A DNA stretch of 63,761 nt, filler included, from Rhabdomonas costata (Eukaryota): NCBI GenBank assembly GCA_019059605.1. It is 57 parts of 57 records of this genome, joined end to end, with 100 filler letters (N's around TTAATTAATTAA, not from the genome) between each part and the next. Parts side by side here need not be neighbours in the genome. Positions count along the whole stretch, not along the records: positions 1 to 1,021 come from JAHMHO010033086.1; positions 1,122 to 2,136 come from JAHMHO010033087.1; positions 2,237 to 3,257 come from JAHMHO010033088.1; positions 3,358 to 4,378 come from JAHMHO010033089.1; positions 4,479 to 5,498 come from JAHMHO010033090.1; positions 5,599 to 6,619 come from JAHMHO010033091.1; positions 6,720 to 7,740 come from JAHMHO010033092.1; positions 7,841 to 8,861 come from JAHMHO010033093.1; 49 more parts are not named here. One strand, given 5' to 3'. Of this stretch, positions 1 through 12,184 are shown one piece after another. How positions within the stretch are numbered: position 1 is the first letter of the stretch; every line of letters starts with the position of its first letter. The notes under the pieces are model-generated. The model made no database searches. It was given only the letters and a program-made list of their open reading frames with translations, and was not told the origin of the DNA. Both the position numbers and the translations under genes were made by a program.

Positions 1-514
1 GTTGGTGTGTATCTTGCGTGTTAATTGATATATTGGAAACTTTTGTTTCCCCATGTAACCCTCCCGAATGTTGATCCGAATGCAGAGAGAGCAGCACAGT
101 AAGGGTAAGGGTAAGGGTGCTTTGAGAAGTGGAGTTACGAGTAGAAGCCATCAGAACATAACGGCAATAATTTACAGAGGGGAGTTAATGGCGACCTTTC
201 TAAGAGGGCTAAGCCGAAGCAGGCAAGAAAGCAAGCAGAGGGGTAAGAGAACGATAAAAGTTGTGACCTGAGGATCATAAAAATGAACCCAAAGTCCAGA
301 GAGAACGACGCGCTGGCAGATGAGGATGATAGTGCATTGCACGAATTGGGTCGGGTTTCCATGGAGGAGTATTCGCGCGCAGTAAAAATGTCAGGATTGG
401 ATACTGATAGATAGAGAAGGGAAAAACAAGCCGACCGCACAGCAATTGCAGACAAGCCCTCTGTCAGATAATAAAAAGACGGCGGGCTGAAGGATCCCTC
501 CCTCTTTTCCACAG

Positions 515-626
515 GTTCTGGGTCCGCTTCCTTTGCTGTGTGATTGAGCTGGTGATCCTCTCTGCGGCGTTTCTTGCGCACCACGAGAACCGCTACAGCC
601 AGACCGACATCGCCCTGCAGTCCCTG
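515..626 (+). CDS. Internal exon, hypothetical membrane protein
   Basis: Acceptor ctcttttccacAG and donor CTG|gtgcgc; GC-rich codons; FWVRFLCCVIELVILSAAFLAHHENRYSQTDIALQSL has a hydrophobic segment. Confidence 0.6.
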
Positions 627-1021
627 GTGCGCGCACCTATGCGGCTATGTGGAGTGTGTCTATGTCGGGTAGCTCCCGTGGGAAATCAAGGCCGAGAGAG
701 ACTTATGACTGCTCCCAAGCAAGTGAAGCGGATACACAAAAAGGACTTTCTGGGGTTTAGCACCAGAGGGGAAGTTTGTATGTTCGGGAAGAAAGGGAGG
801 GAGGGCAACAAAAGTCCGTGGCCAAGCAAAAAAATGAAAAAATGTGCTGGGTCGAATGAGCAGGGCTGCAAACAGTAAATTAAATTGTTTTGGGGTCAGA
901 GTTCCTGGTTTGGGGATGTATTCCAAGAAGAGGCGTGGCAGAAGTTAATTCTTCATACTTTGAGTTTTCCGAAAAGTGTCCACCGCTACACCTATCTCTT
1001 TCGGTCTCTCCCCCCCACAAC

Positions 1022-1121
1022 NNNNNNNNNNNNNNNNNNNNNNNNNNNNNNNNNNNNNNNNNNNNTTAATTAATTAANNNNNNNNNNNNNNNNNNNNNNN
1101 NNNNNNNNNNNNNNNNNNNNN
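1022..1121. other. Artificial contig spacer (N run + TTAATTAATTAA + N run); first of 56 spaced about 1.12 kb apart
   Basis: The same 100-nt linker with stops in all six frames recurs at regular spacing, and the flanks are unrelated. Confidence 0.99.
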
Positions 1122-1619
1122 TGTGTGTAGAGTATGCATTGCTGCCTTAAGCTACCGGTAACCACTCCCCTCCATCACTTCCCTTCGTGTGGGTTGAGTG
1201 GGTTTATTGTCCCCTATGCATGGTTTCGCTGGCCATACACAGGTCGATCTTGGGTCGCCTACCTGCACTACTACCCTACGCATAAGGTAAGGGTTCATGT
1301 CCACTAGCAGAGGTCATATCACCGTGTCCAACCTGTGGGGTGATGACATGACTCGCCTCTACCCACTACTAACGTACAACCTCAGGTGTTGAGTTACGCG
1401 CTACGTTGCATAGGCTCCCCGTCGTACCTGCGTCATCACGTGTTTCGCTTTAGCTTGATCAGTGAAACGATGCCAGCGTTGAACTTCAGGGTGACCAATC
1501 CTTACTACTCAGGACACTGGGAACTATCGTCGATAAGTTGTGGAGCACGGAAGTAGCGAGTGGGAATATTGTGGCATAGCCGTACGCAGCCTTGTTGTTC
1601 TCTGTGAGATCCCGAGGAA

Positions 1620-2136
1620 CTTCAGCGACACCGAAACCGAAACCGAACCCGAAAGCAAAGACCTCCAACTCACTCACTCCAACGTACTCACTCAGCACCC
1701 TCCATCAACCCAACACCGAAACGCGAACCCAACCCCGACACCCAACCCCGACTCAGAAACGCAAGAACCCAACCCAAGCACTACCCAAGCACAAGCAACC
1801 CTCACCCTCCAACACCCTCCGAAGAGAGAAACCAAACCTCCGAAGAGGAACCCCGAACTCCGAAGAGAGAAGACAGAATACGAATACGAATACCGAAAGC
1901 AGAAGACGAACTCCGAAACCCAACACCCGAACTCAGAACCCGAATACAAAGACCGAACTCAGAAGACAAAATGCATAAACCCCAACTCAGAACACCAACC
2001 CCGAAGAAAGAATGCCGAAATCCAAACCCCGAACACCGAAGAAAGATTGCAAAGACCGAATACGAATACCAGAACCCCAAACCAAACCCCAAATACAGAA
2101 CCCCGAACTCAAAAGACCAAACTCAGAAACCCAACC
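1620..2136 (+). repeat. A/C-rich low-complexity tract of short degenerate repeats (CCGAAA, GAATAC, CCCAAC)
   Basis: Strong strand asymmetry and reiterated 6-mers; open T/P/N/E-rich frame from 1540. Confidence 0.7.
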
Positions 2137-2236
2137 NNNNNNNNNNNNNNNNNNNNNNNNNNNNNNNNNNNNNNNNNNNNTTAATTAATTAANNNNNNNN
2201 NNNNNNNNNNNNNNNNNNNNNNNNNNNNNNNNNNNN

Positions 2237-3257
2237 GGCGGAACGTCGTCGACGAAATTTTGGAAGCAAGCGTACCAGGTCGAATCGCCTGCAAGAGTGC
2301 GACCCTTCTGCACAGCCATCCATCCAGTAGCTTCCGGATTATCAGAAAGATTCCGAAATGAAAGAACTGCCGAAAGCCTGTGGCCACTTTCGAGCACCGG
2401 AGAAGTTTCAATCGTCGTGTTTTTGCTAACTTTCACGTGGACAACGAAGAGATCTGAAAGCGGCGATCTCTCTTTGCACACGACACAGTGCTGGCAGCTG
2501 GGAGGAATGCCATGGAAGACCACGGATCGGAGGAAGATTTCTTCCAATGAAGTAAAGGATATACACGCTGGAGCTGCTTCCTTTAGTAATACGGACATCA
2601 TATGGTGGTTGGCTGTTATGGAGCAGTTGTGGTCTTGATTGCTAGAGCACCGTCTGGTGGCATCCACTCGAAATGTGCAGTTAAACATGGAAAGCATGAG
2701 AAGCTCCCTGATGTCATGCCCGAGGTTGGCAGGTCTGGAGGTGTCCCAGCTCCATGCTTGTGCTGCCGCTCTGAAGGTATCAGCGGATGGGCAAGCTCCT
2801 GACCATAGCGCTTTCACAATGTCCTGTAGGAGCGCGTGCTTGAGTTCCGGAAACTGCACCATGGAGAGCAAAGGATTTCGAAGCCTGTCCGTGGCCATTA
2901 CTGCGTGCACAAAGCTTGTAAAGCAGCTTTCATACGACTTGTGGAGGTGCATGGGCACAATCCATCCTGGGGGACCATGAGCTGGACGGCGCGCGTTCCG
3001 CGGTAGTGGAATGGCGAGAACTGGGATGGGTCTGGTATCGAACAGGTCTTGGACACAGTTCACCTCCACTGCACTGTAACGCCAGACTGGCAAGCTATTC
3101 GGAATCGGTGGAAACGTGTCAATTTTTTGAGCTGTCAATGGCATGAGATCCATCCTGGAGTGGAGCAAGACGTCGCGGAGCTGCTGCCACGGTTCTGTGG
3201 GACCACAAACAAACTTTTTGGACAGTACGCCATGAGGCTGCAGCGAAATCATCTGCG
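2237..3257 (-). CDS. Divergent peptidase C19 (USP-fold) protein, probably catalytically dead; intronless over about 1 kb, partial
   Basis: USP-like boxes in order: ESCFTSFVHAVMATDRLRNPLL (Cys box), GHDIRELL (QDxxEFL-like), SLEEIF...CQHC...LFVVHVK, HRLSAVLSF...TGWMA...WYACF (His box with H replaced by W). Confidence 0.55.
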
Positions 3258-3357
3258 NNNNNNNNNNNNNNNNNNNNNNNNNNNNNNNNNNNNNNNNNNN
3301 NTTAATTAATTAANNNNNNNNNNNNNNNNNNNNNNNNNNNNNNNNNNNNNNNNNNNN

Positions 3358-3640
3358 GTTTGTGGTGGGCATCCATGACCTCCACGGGGAAGCTTTGCCC
3401 GCACCCTGCGGGACACAGCGCGGTGGGAGTGGCGGAGGCCCGGGACCCTCTCTCGCCGCCACGACGGCGCTGGGGGGGCGCAGGGTTTTGTTGAAAGAGG
3501 TAGTGGGAGGTGAGGCATTCATCGACGTGGGCGTCCATCTGCTCTGCGGTGAACCGCTGCCCACAGCCAACAGGGCACAGGGAGGTGCGAGGTGCACCGA
3601 CAGTGGCGGAGGTGGAGGGTGCCGCGCGGGCGGGTGGAGC
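3358..3640 (-). CDS. Exon encoding two UBZ4/Rad18-like ubiquitin-binding zinc fingers
   Basis: Acceptor cacccacAG; CPVGCGQRFTAEQMDAHVDECL and CPAGCGQSFPVEVMDAH (second finger cut by the contig end). Confidence 0.7.
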
Positions 3641-5242
3641 CTGTGGGTGCGCGTGGTTTGAGGAACATACATTACTATGTGGGGAAGAGGGAAAAGGAGA
3701 GTGGGAGAGGCAAAAGAGGATTGGATACGCGGACCGGTGGGAACGGTATACACGTAGGGCGTTGAGAGAAAAACACTTCGTCTTGTTTGGGCATCTCTCC
3801 ATAGAACTATGGCCACCCTCTCACCTTTAGCTGGTGGTTCTGAAACCCGACGTTGCACCAAATACTTTCAGGAGATGGGTCCAATTTGCCGTGTGTTTCC
3901 TTTTGTGTGTGTGCACCAACATGCGTCTATAAACCCAGCCGCAGACAAAAGTGCCCCCCCCCCACACACACACATCCACGCTCAATTGATGTGTGCTGGT
4001 CATGTGTTTGAAACCCTGGAACCCTGAAACCCTGGAAAAGTGCAGGGATGGATCTGTTTGATAACCCGGAAAAATTTCCAGCATTTGTCACCGCTGTTGC
4101 ACCCTATGCAAGTTACGTATTTTCGTTCGTTTGCTTGCTCAAGGAAGGATTTTTGCACCACTACCGCACACGGGCGCACACTGAAGCACACATGCATACC
4201 TCCCGCTTTCCACTTTCCCGTCTGCATCTGCCCCATGTTTCTGTAGTCTTGTGTTCATCTGACACCGGACAATGTAATTGTCTGCTCTTCTTTGAATTTT
4301 CTCCAACAGTTTCCCTTATCATCAACATCAACATCATCTGCCCCCTGTTTCTAGCCTTCGCATGTCAGCCCAACAACCNNNNNNNNNNNNNNNNNNNNNN
4401 NNNNNNNNNNNNNNNNNNNNNNTTAATTAATTAANNNNNNNNNNNNNNNNNNNNNNNNNNNNNNNNNNNNNNNNNNNNCGTGTTGGGTGTGGTTGGTGGG
4501 TTTGGGGATAGAGAGTGTGGGAGGTGTGGCCCAAAGCTGTGAGATGACATCCGCTTCTGGTCAGCACAAATCGGAGAAAACCAGTGCCGACGTGGAGAGT
4601 TTTTTTTGAAAAGGATGTTCTCTGTGCTGATCGTAATGTGAGGCAAGCAGCAAGCAAGTGTTCATTGTCAGCAAACAAAATAAGAGAGAAGAGAGAGAAA
4701 GAGCTTGGACGTGAGGGGAGGAGTGAGAGAGTGTGTGTGTATGCGACATGTATCGCTGCGAGTGTTTGTGAAGTACAGTTTGAGAAAAGTGGGGTTGGTC
4801 TGCGCACTGCACCACTGCACGCATCTCTCCCTTCCAGTCAACTTTTTACACCTCACGGTCCTGCATGTCCATTTGTCGGACCTGACACAAACCCCTTCCG
4901 TGTGATGACCCTATTATCGAGCATCTCCGCGGTTGCTCAGACGGGCCGACAGCATCATCCTACTGCCCATGGTCTCTTGCTACTTCACTCCATGTCTGTC
5001 CGCATTTGTTGTCCCGCTCCTTCTGTGTTTACGCTCCCCGCACTTTTATAACTCTTCATTTTTTCAGCGTTGTCTGTTTCTATCCGTGCCGCGTTGCAAC
5101 TGAAAAAAGCTATCAAAAAATGTCAAGGAGGCAGTCAATGTTAAGGAGGCAGTGCAAACCGAGATCATGCACCCCTACCGACACGCTTCCAATGTGTCCA
5201 TGTATCGACATTGCTTTCAGCGGGTGTCAGACGACTAACGCT

Positions 5243-5415
5243 GTTAGACGTTAGACACACGTTCTCCCTGGGATTCCAACAGAAGCTTTGCAGGGGGTTA
5301 GGAAGGCGACACACGTGTCCCCTGGGATTCCAACAGAAGGGGCGTGGGTTACACGGATGTTAGACGTCTAACACTGTTAGGCTATAACGCCGTTAGACGT
5401 CTAACAGCGTCTAAC
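5243..5415. repeat. Structured repeat cluster: 32-bp direct repeat pair plus two 14-bp palindromes GTTAGACGTCTAAC
   Basis: Direct repeats at 5254-5285 and 5308-5339; palindromes at 5359-5372 and 5392-5405. Confidence 0.8.
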
Positions 5416-6448
5416 GCCCCCCCCCCCAACCGTGCATGACCCTCAGCGCCGATGATATCGGTGCAAGCTGACCGTTGCTCACGTTACCACACAAACACNN
5501 NNNNNNNNNNNNNNNNNNNNNNNNNNNNNNNNNNNNNNNNNNTTAATTAATTAANNNNNNNNNNNNNNNNNNNNNNNNNNNNNNNNNNNNNNNNNNNNTG
5601 GTTGGTTTATGTGAACAACAGCACAGACGCCACCGCAGCGAAAAGGAAGGGCCCACCCATCACCGTGAAATTATGAAATAAGACAGGAATGGGGCAGAAC
5701 AAGCGGAACCACGGCTGAGCTTCTGCTCCCTTTCCATTTCGCTGCGGTGGCGTCTGTGCTGTTGTTCACATAAACCAACCGCTAACCTTGCACCCTGCTC
5801 GACATTTTTTTCTAAAACGAATGAGCGTGGGCGGAAACCGTGCTTCTGGAATGTAATGCTATCTTTTCGACTCCTATTTTCGTTTTTGGGGCGGCAAAAA
5901 TTGCAAACTCTTTGCAAAATGCTGAGAATCCGATTCCCATTAAGATGTGGGATTTCCACGGCTGCAGCGCCACGTGCTCGATGGATATCGGCTGCACCTA
6001 CCACCGGCTTTCTCCTCCCATTTACCATCTCTCTCCGCCTCGACCTTCATCCTGCATTACAAAGGAAATCATGTCTGAGTCGCGTCACTACAAAAAAGCC
6101 ACTCGGGTGAACCACCGAGGCCAAGTTCAAGCCCCGCCCCCTCCCCCGAATCAATTCAAGCCTGCATCCTGAATCCAACAAGGCTGTTGGCAGTGTGTGG
6201 ACAAAGGGGCGAAACCAGCAACGATGGAAAATGGATGTGTGAAAACAAGAGAAGGAAGTGGGGGACAGAAATTCTATGGTAACGTGCGGTGTGCAAACAA
6301 GTGGGCGAGACAGAAGCACAACAGTGGATAACCTTGCAATTTCCGCGGGGACATTCCAAAACGATTGCGCTTGTTCGGAAACTCCTCGAAGTATACAGCG
6401 GCGGCGGTGGGCGGGGAGAGAGGGTAAGCGAGCATTTGCAGCACATGC

Positions 6449-6611
6449 CGATCAGGGTGTCAACCTCTTTGTCGATGGTGAGCAAGACGGTGTCGTTGCT
6501 ACTGTCGTAGGCCACCGGGTTGCCCTTTAAGGGCACGCCCAGCTCCGTGCACAGCTCCAAAACACCCTTCACGCACGCCGAGGCAAACAGGTTGTCAGGC
6601 TCGTACAGCAC
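6449..6611 (-). CDS. Partial exon, hypothetical protein
   Basis: GC3-rich frame LYEPDNLFASACVKGVLELCTELGVPLKGNPVAYDSSNDTVLLTIDKEVDTLI; the donor is G|gcatgt or AT|gtgctg. Confidence 0.5.
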
Positions 6612-7307
6612 CCCAACCCNNNNNNNNNNNNNNNNNNNNNNNNNNNNNNNNNNNNNNNNNNNNTTAATTAATTAANNNNNNNNNNNNNNNNNNNNNNNNN
6701 NNNNNNNNNNNNNNNNNNNCACATCTCTGTGCCTTGTGGTGGAAGGAAGGAATAAAGGGAAGGGAGGAAGTTCAAGGTTGCTGGTTTCTCGCAGGGTGTC
6801 CTCCTTCATGTTTGTGATGGGCCTTATGTCTCGGGTTTATTGGTCGTAGAGGTTCCAGGGATAAGGGTTTCGGGTGTGATTATGACTGTTACCTGTGGTT
6901 CCCAGATCACAGATACAAAAGCACACAAAGTCGAAAGCTCTATTTCCATCGAGAGGAGTGTTTTGTTGATGGTAACACAGCTAGTCAGCAGCAAAACAGT
7001 GAATGTCCAGTGTCAAGGGTCTTCCACATGGAACAGCCGCACAGAAGAAAAATGAGGCAGGCAGGAATTGTAGATGCGCATACGCAGGCATAAATAGGAG
7101 GGGTCGGGGCGAGGGTTTGGAGGAAGTGGAATCTGGAGCTGAAGAAATCGGGTTGCGCGGGAGTTGTTGTGGTTCAGAAGGAAAACGGAAGAGGGCACAT
7201 CGGATGGGGATGGACACACTCGAGCAGTGTGATGCACAAAAGAAAGGGGAGGTGGGCAATCAGTTGATGTTTTGCCTCGTTTGCATGATTTTTTTTGTGG
7301 GGCGTAG

Positions 7308-7719
7308 TGCGGACAAGGAGTACCTGGCGGTGCAGAAGGAGAGCCAGGCGAAGGCTGCCGCCGTGGAGGCCGCCGACGCGGCGCTGAAGCAGAAACAGAA
7401 GGAGCTCGCCGACAGCCGTGCCAAGCTGGAAGGCCTGCAGACGGAGTTCAACAAGCTCGTGGCCAGCCGGTACCTGCGCGCACTGCACACACAATGGGAG
7501 GACTTTCTCTCCTTTCCCTCCCGCGAGGGTCGCTCTGTTTGGGTCCGCCCGAAAGCCTCTTGCTGCCCTCTTGGCTTAGCTTTTCCTGGGATTGAGCTTC
7601 ATTGGGCGTTCCACCACGCCCCTACCCCCGCCACCCCTCACCGTCACCGTGTTCCTCTTAGGTCTGACATTGAGCAACAGATCCAGCGGGTGCTGGCAAT
7701 TCGAGACAAGGCGGAAAAG
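7308..7719 (+). CDS. Two exons (7308-7469, 7662-7719) of a coiled-coil protein
   Basis: GT-AG intron 7470-7661 with matching phase (CG|G); ADKEYLAVQKESQAKAAAVEAADAALKQKQKELADSRAKLEGLQTEFNKLVASR/SDIEQQIQRVLAIRDKAEK. Confidence 0.75.
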
Positions 7720-7908
7720 GTACCAACCCCCCAACACACANNNNNNNNNNNNNNNNNNNNNNNNNNNNNNNNNNNNNNNNNNNNTTAATTAATTAANNNN
7801 NNNNNNNNNNNNNNNNNNNNNNNNNNNNNNNNNNNNNNNNAGCATTGCCACACCCCAACACATGTGTGTTTGGGGGGGTGGTTGGGACTTAACATCCCAT
7901 TCGAATAG

Positions 7909-7958
7909 AGCACAGCACAGCACAGCACAGCACAGCACAGCACAGCACAGCACAGCAC
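7909..7958 (+). repeat. (AGCAC)10 microsatellite
   Basis: Perfect pentamer array. Confidence 0.95.
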
Positions 7959-10082
7959 AATGCAATACACTGACAATATGTTCCCCCTGTGTTTCGGTCG
8001 AATGCTGCTTACCACTTACTACAGCCGTAATACTGCCAGCAGAATAACAACAGGAGACACGAAACAACGATACCAATGCACAGCGCAGAGTACGCAGTAC
8101 GCGGCAACAACTCCACACTTCACTAACACCACACACAGAATGTGCACAAGTGGACAAGAAAGGAGGGCACCACACGTCCGCCTCGAAGATGTGCTGACGT
8201 GATCAACCCCGCGCGCTTTCAAAGTGTCGCACTCTCTCCCCCTCTCCCTCTCCTTTCTTTATTCTGACCGCTGCTCTTGCGGCGATCAACAAACAACCAG
8301 AAAAAGCTTACCAAGAAAAGACGAAAACAGTCTTGCTTCCGACAAAGCCTCCAACAAAAATCCAAAGCATGGAAGCAAGGAAGGCCCTAATTTGTTAGGC
8401 CCTTTCACACACCCACGTAACCTGCAACATCACAATCAAGCGTACTGCACCCTATGGGCATATACGACTATGACCACAAGCCCACCCGTACCAAGCCCTT
8501 CTCCCCTCCCCCCGCGTAGCCAACAGGATGGGGAAGAGCGTTGCAGGCCCCTCGTAACCATTTCCTATCAGGAGGGAAAGCAAAAAATAAACGCTTGTCA
8601 AGTCTTCACAGAAGCTGGCGTGTGTGTATGTGTGTGAGATACGCTGAAGATGAGACGAGCCATCGCTCTTATTTTTTCATGGAGCTCCCAAGCTCCATTC
8701 CACCGTCAGGGGTGAGAATGGGAAACTCCGAGGTTTACTAAGGCAGCTGGTTCGGGATGCGGAGATCAAAAGGAGAGGCACCTCGAAAAAACACCACAGC
8801 GCCAGATCCCAGCAGAAACTCCGCGCCAGAACCAGGGAAAGGGGAAAGCGTCAACAAACCCNNNNNNNNNNNNNNNNNNNNNNNNNNNNNNNNNNNNNNN
8901 NNNNNTTAATTAATTAANNNNNNNNNNNNNNNNNNNNNNNNNNNNNNNNNNNNNNNNNNNNGGGGTTGGTTGCACCCCCAGTGGAAGGCCCTCAGGCGGG
9001 CGCTTCTGCGGTGGAGGTGGAGGGCTGTGCTGTATGCCCTAGGAGAGGACCCAGACCTCCCCAGGGAGGTGCTGCCGGCATGTTTGTGTGTTCCCGCTCG
9101 GGTTTGTGTGCAGATAATGTGGTGGCTTTAGGCGCCCTGACTAAGGTCAGAGCACCAGTGCAAAAGGAAAAGTGGACGCATCCGATTAGCGCGAATGGTG
9201 TTCTATTTTTTTTTACCACTTGGTAACGCCTTTCTTGCTTTTGTCTGCATCTCTGCAGAGCAGAGGCGGAACATTTTACCGGGTGAGTGACATTGCAACG
9301 GCAACAGTGATCCGTCACATCAGTCCTTGGGCTCACAGCTCATGCAAGTGGCAATGCCGAGACAGAGGTCGCGGGGTGGGGCACCATTGCCGTCAACTAA
9401 CGTGTGCGCCACAACAGCCAGCAAACTCCGGGTACACACGACGCTGAAAACTGAGAACTGCACGGAGTACCGCCACACCCAGTGCCCGATACGCACCACA
9501 CATATAACTATTTCTCATGATTGGTCCTGCTTTTGTCTTCTGGGGGGCTGGCATAGGTCCTGGACCCTGGGCATGAGCTGTTTGGCTCCAACTTGGTGCA
9601 CATTCGCCGCAGGGAGCTTCCCAAGAGGGTGGCCCACCTCAGCGGGTGCCTCCCGAAGGAAGAGCTGCTCAACGCCGTCGCGGTGGAAACCCACCCCAAC
9701 TCTTGGGAACTCAAACCAGGCAACCACTCCTCCCCTGTACAGGAAGAAGCAAATAGAGGAGGAATGCACCCTATCATTAGCTGTCCGGGGCTCCAATCAC
9801 ATGGCCAAATTCTGGACCAAGCGCAGCGTTTCGGGAGGATACAAAAATGACCCCAGGCCTGCTTCGTCATAGGCCTCGTCGAGTTGATCTCTTGATGGTA
9901 CACCTGCCTCGGTTATTCTTTTTTGACGTTCGTGTTTTCTGCTGGCTGAAATCACGAACGTCAAAAAAAAACACAAAAACAANNNNNNNNNNNNNNNNNN
10001 NNNNNNNNNNNNNNNNNNNNNNNNNNTTAATTAATTAANNNNNNNNNNNNNNNNNNNNNNNNNNNNNNNNNNNNNNNNNNNN

Positions 10083-10542
10083 CAGGCTGTAGAAGAAGAT
10101 CCTAATACGCGAAAATCCGTTTTCGCCTGGAGGGACTCCTTCACGCCGGCTTCGGCGCGGAAGGCTCTCCTCGTTGCGGTGACCCGAAACCGCGTCGGAA
10201 GGCTGCGCAGCCCCACAAGCACCAGCTTCGCGAACGCAAGGCCGTCTCGGAACCGCGCCGACCCTCGGTCCGTCATCAGCTGCCGCAGCACATAGCACAG
10301 CACGGGGCCGGTGAAGCTTCGGATGGCGGCAATGCAGTCCACGCTCACCGCGGCACGCACATCCTCGGGGGCCTTCTCGATCGCCCACCGCATGCACTGC
10401 TCCAGGCTGTGCTCCCCATCCTTCCAAGCGGATTTGAAGTCGAAGACAAGCTCGCCTCGGTTGGGGTGTGAGTATTTCAACCCTTGCAGCCTTCGTACAG
10501 CCTCAGCCAGGGAAACCACGGGAACCTCATCCAGGATTCCCC
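10083..10542 (-). CDS. NAD:arginine ADP-ribosyltransferase (ARTC, R-S-E clade) domain, partial
   Basis: PVVSLAEAV leader, IAAIRSFT..LCYVLRQLM, KLVLVGLRSLP, AFRAE (YRG-equivalent Arg), and SSST (STS motif) at the contig end. Confidence 0.65.
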
Positions 10543-11203
10543 TTTGACTCATAATTACAAGGAGCAGATTGCGATTCTAGAGAAGAATGAGAGGGCTACC
10601 AAACGGGAGAAGGGATGGGGGAGAAGTGCGATGGAAGAGGAAGTTGTTGGGACAAGAGATGAGAAGGGGAGGGAAGGGGAGGAACAGGAACAGGAACAGG
10701 AACAGGAGGAGAAAAAAATAAAAAGGTAATGCGAGATCGAATCTGCCCCACATGCAAAAGAAGAGAAGAGGAGTGGAGGGTCAAGCCCAAACAACGTATT
10801 CTCTAATCGCCGGGTGTTTTTCGGGGTGGGCCTGTCTGTTTCCTCTTGGGCAGACCTCCGAACCCTCCCATAACCCATGGTGACTCCCGGACCGGACAGG
10901 GCCCAGAGCCTCAGAAGTCTATATTGAGTGGCGGGTTAGGCGGCTCATTTTTGGTGGTGTGGTAGGTCAGCTTAAGGCGTGTCTCTGAGTCGGCGATGGC
11001 GAAGTGCTGTGGCGGGCAGGCACTTGGGGCCATCCGCGAACTTCAGCGACTGCCCCCACGTGCGCGCCACCTTACAAAGGGAAGAGACAAAAACAACACA
11101 TACNNNNNNNNNNNNNNNNNNNNNNNNNNNNNNNNNNNNNNNNNNNNTTAATTAATTAANNNNNNNNNNNNNNNNNNNNNNNNNNNNNNNNNNNNNNNNN
11201 NNN

Positions 11204-12184
11204 TATTTGCTGAACCCTGGTGAGAGTTATGATGGGAAATGGCACGTGGAAGGCCTACCTCAGGAGCGAATTGTATGTACTTGTATCCACTACTACCACA
11301 CGGCACCTCCGTTGGCGATCTCAAGTGAGCTTTGCTTTCGCCGCATTTTGGACGAAACCCGAGATCCCGAAGAATATGGCGGGTTTGACCTTTGCTCGAA
11401 ATATGTCGTTCTGCATTTTGGGCACTCAACTTTTCACTTTTGTCATCATTTGATTCTGTTCTTCACCACAGACATTACGATGACTATTCCCACACTCCCG
11501 ATCCTTGCGAATATGAAGACGAGGAGGAATACAACAAAGCAGCTCAACGACACGCAGCATCTTCTAATCGGTGGAGTAATCGGACAACGCACTACACACA
11601 GGAAAACAATACGTTTGTTCAGCGCACCGACACTCCCATGGGCCGAAGCATCGCCTTCGTGAATAGTCTGCAGGTGAAGAGTGCGTTTCCAGCTTCTTTC
11701 TTATATACCTTGCAACTCTTCATACCTTCTCGCTTTTCTGCAACACCAAGTGCACTGCGAGTACGTTGCCCCTCCTACTGATTCGGAGCTGAAGAGCGCT
11801 CGTTCGGCAGCTTCCGAAGCTAAAAAATTTCTTGCAGAAGCTGCAGAAGCAGAGCGACGTCGCAAGCGGCCCTTTCGTGGTTATGGATCAGGTGACCGCC
11901 GCAAGGCCGAGGGAAAAATTGCAAATCTTAAGCATCTGGAAGCCCGCGCAAGCATCCCACCTGGTACTCCTGGCGTTCGCAAAATTGTTTTGTTTTGGCT
12001 TGTGCATCCAGACCACCCGATTGTCAGCACAGCCGAGGTGGACCCGCAGCAAAACTTGATGGACACAGAGGTTGCCAAGCAACATCGAGTGAAGATGCTG
12101 GCGGACCGTACTCAGCATATCAACGCAGTAAATGAGGAGTTTGAGCGCGAGGTCCGTCGTGAATACAACTTCTGCGAACACTGA
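11204..12184 (+). CDS. DUF4246-family protein, last three exons (11204-11382, 11472-11673, 11744-12184)
   Basis: YDGKWHVEG..ERIVCTCIHYY, ELCFRR, GRSIAFVNSLQ/HQV, RKIVLFWLVHP..IVST..VDPQQ, C-terminal YNFCEH-stop; intron 1 is GT-AG and in phase. Confidence 0.85.

Noticed and set aside
99..118. GTAAGG repeats and other telomere-like variants (4010, 23580, 28567)
   Set aside because: Only 2-3 imperfect copies each; expected among microsatellites.
7003..7056. Possible first exon MSSVKGLPHGTAAQKKNE with a GC donor
   Set aside because: Phase is incompatible with the exon at 7308.
9508..9903. Several overlapping ORFs on both strands
   Set aside because: No recognisable motif, no consistent exon phase, and they overlap a dispersed repeat.
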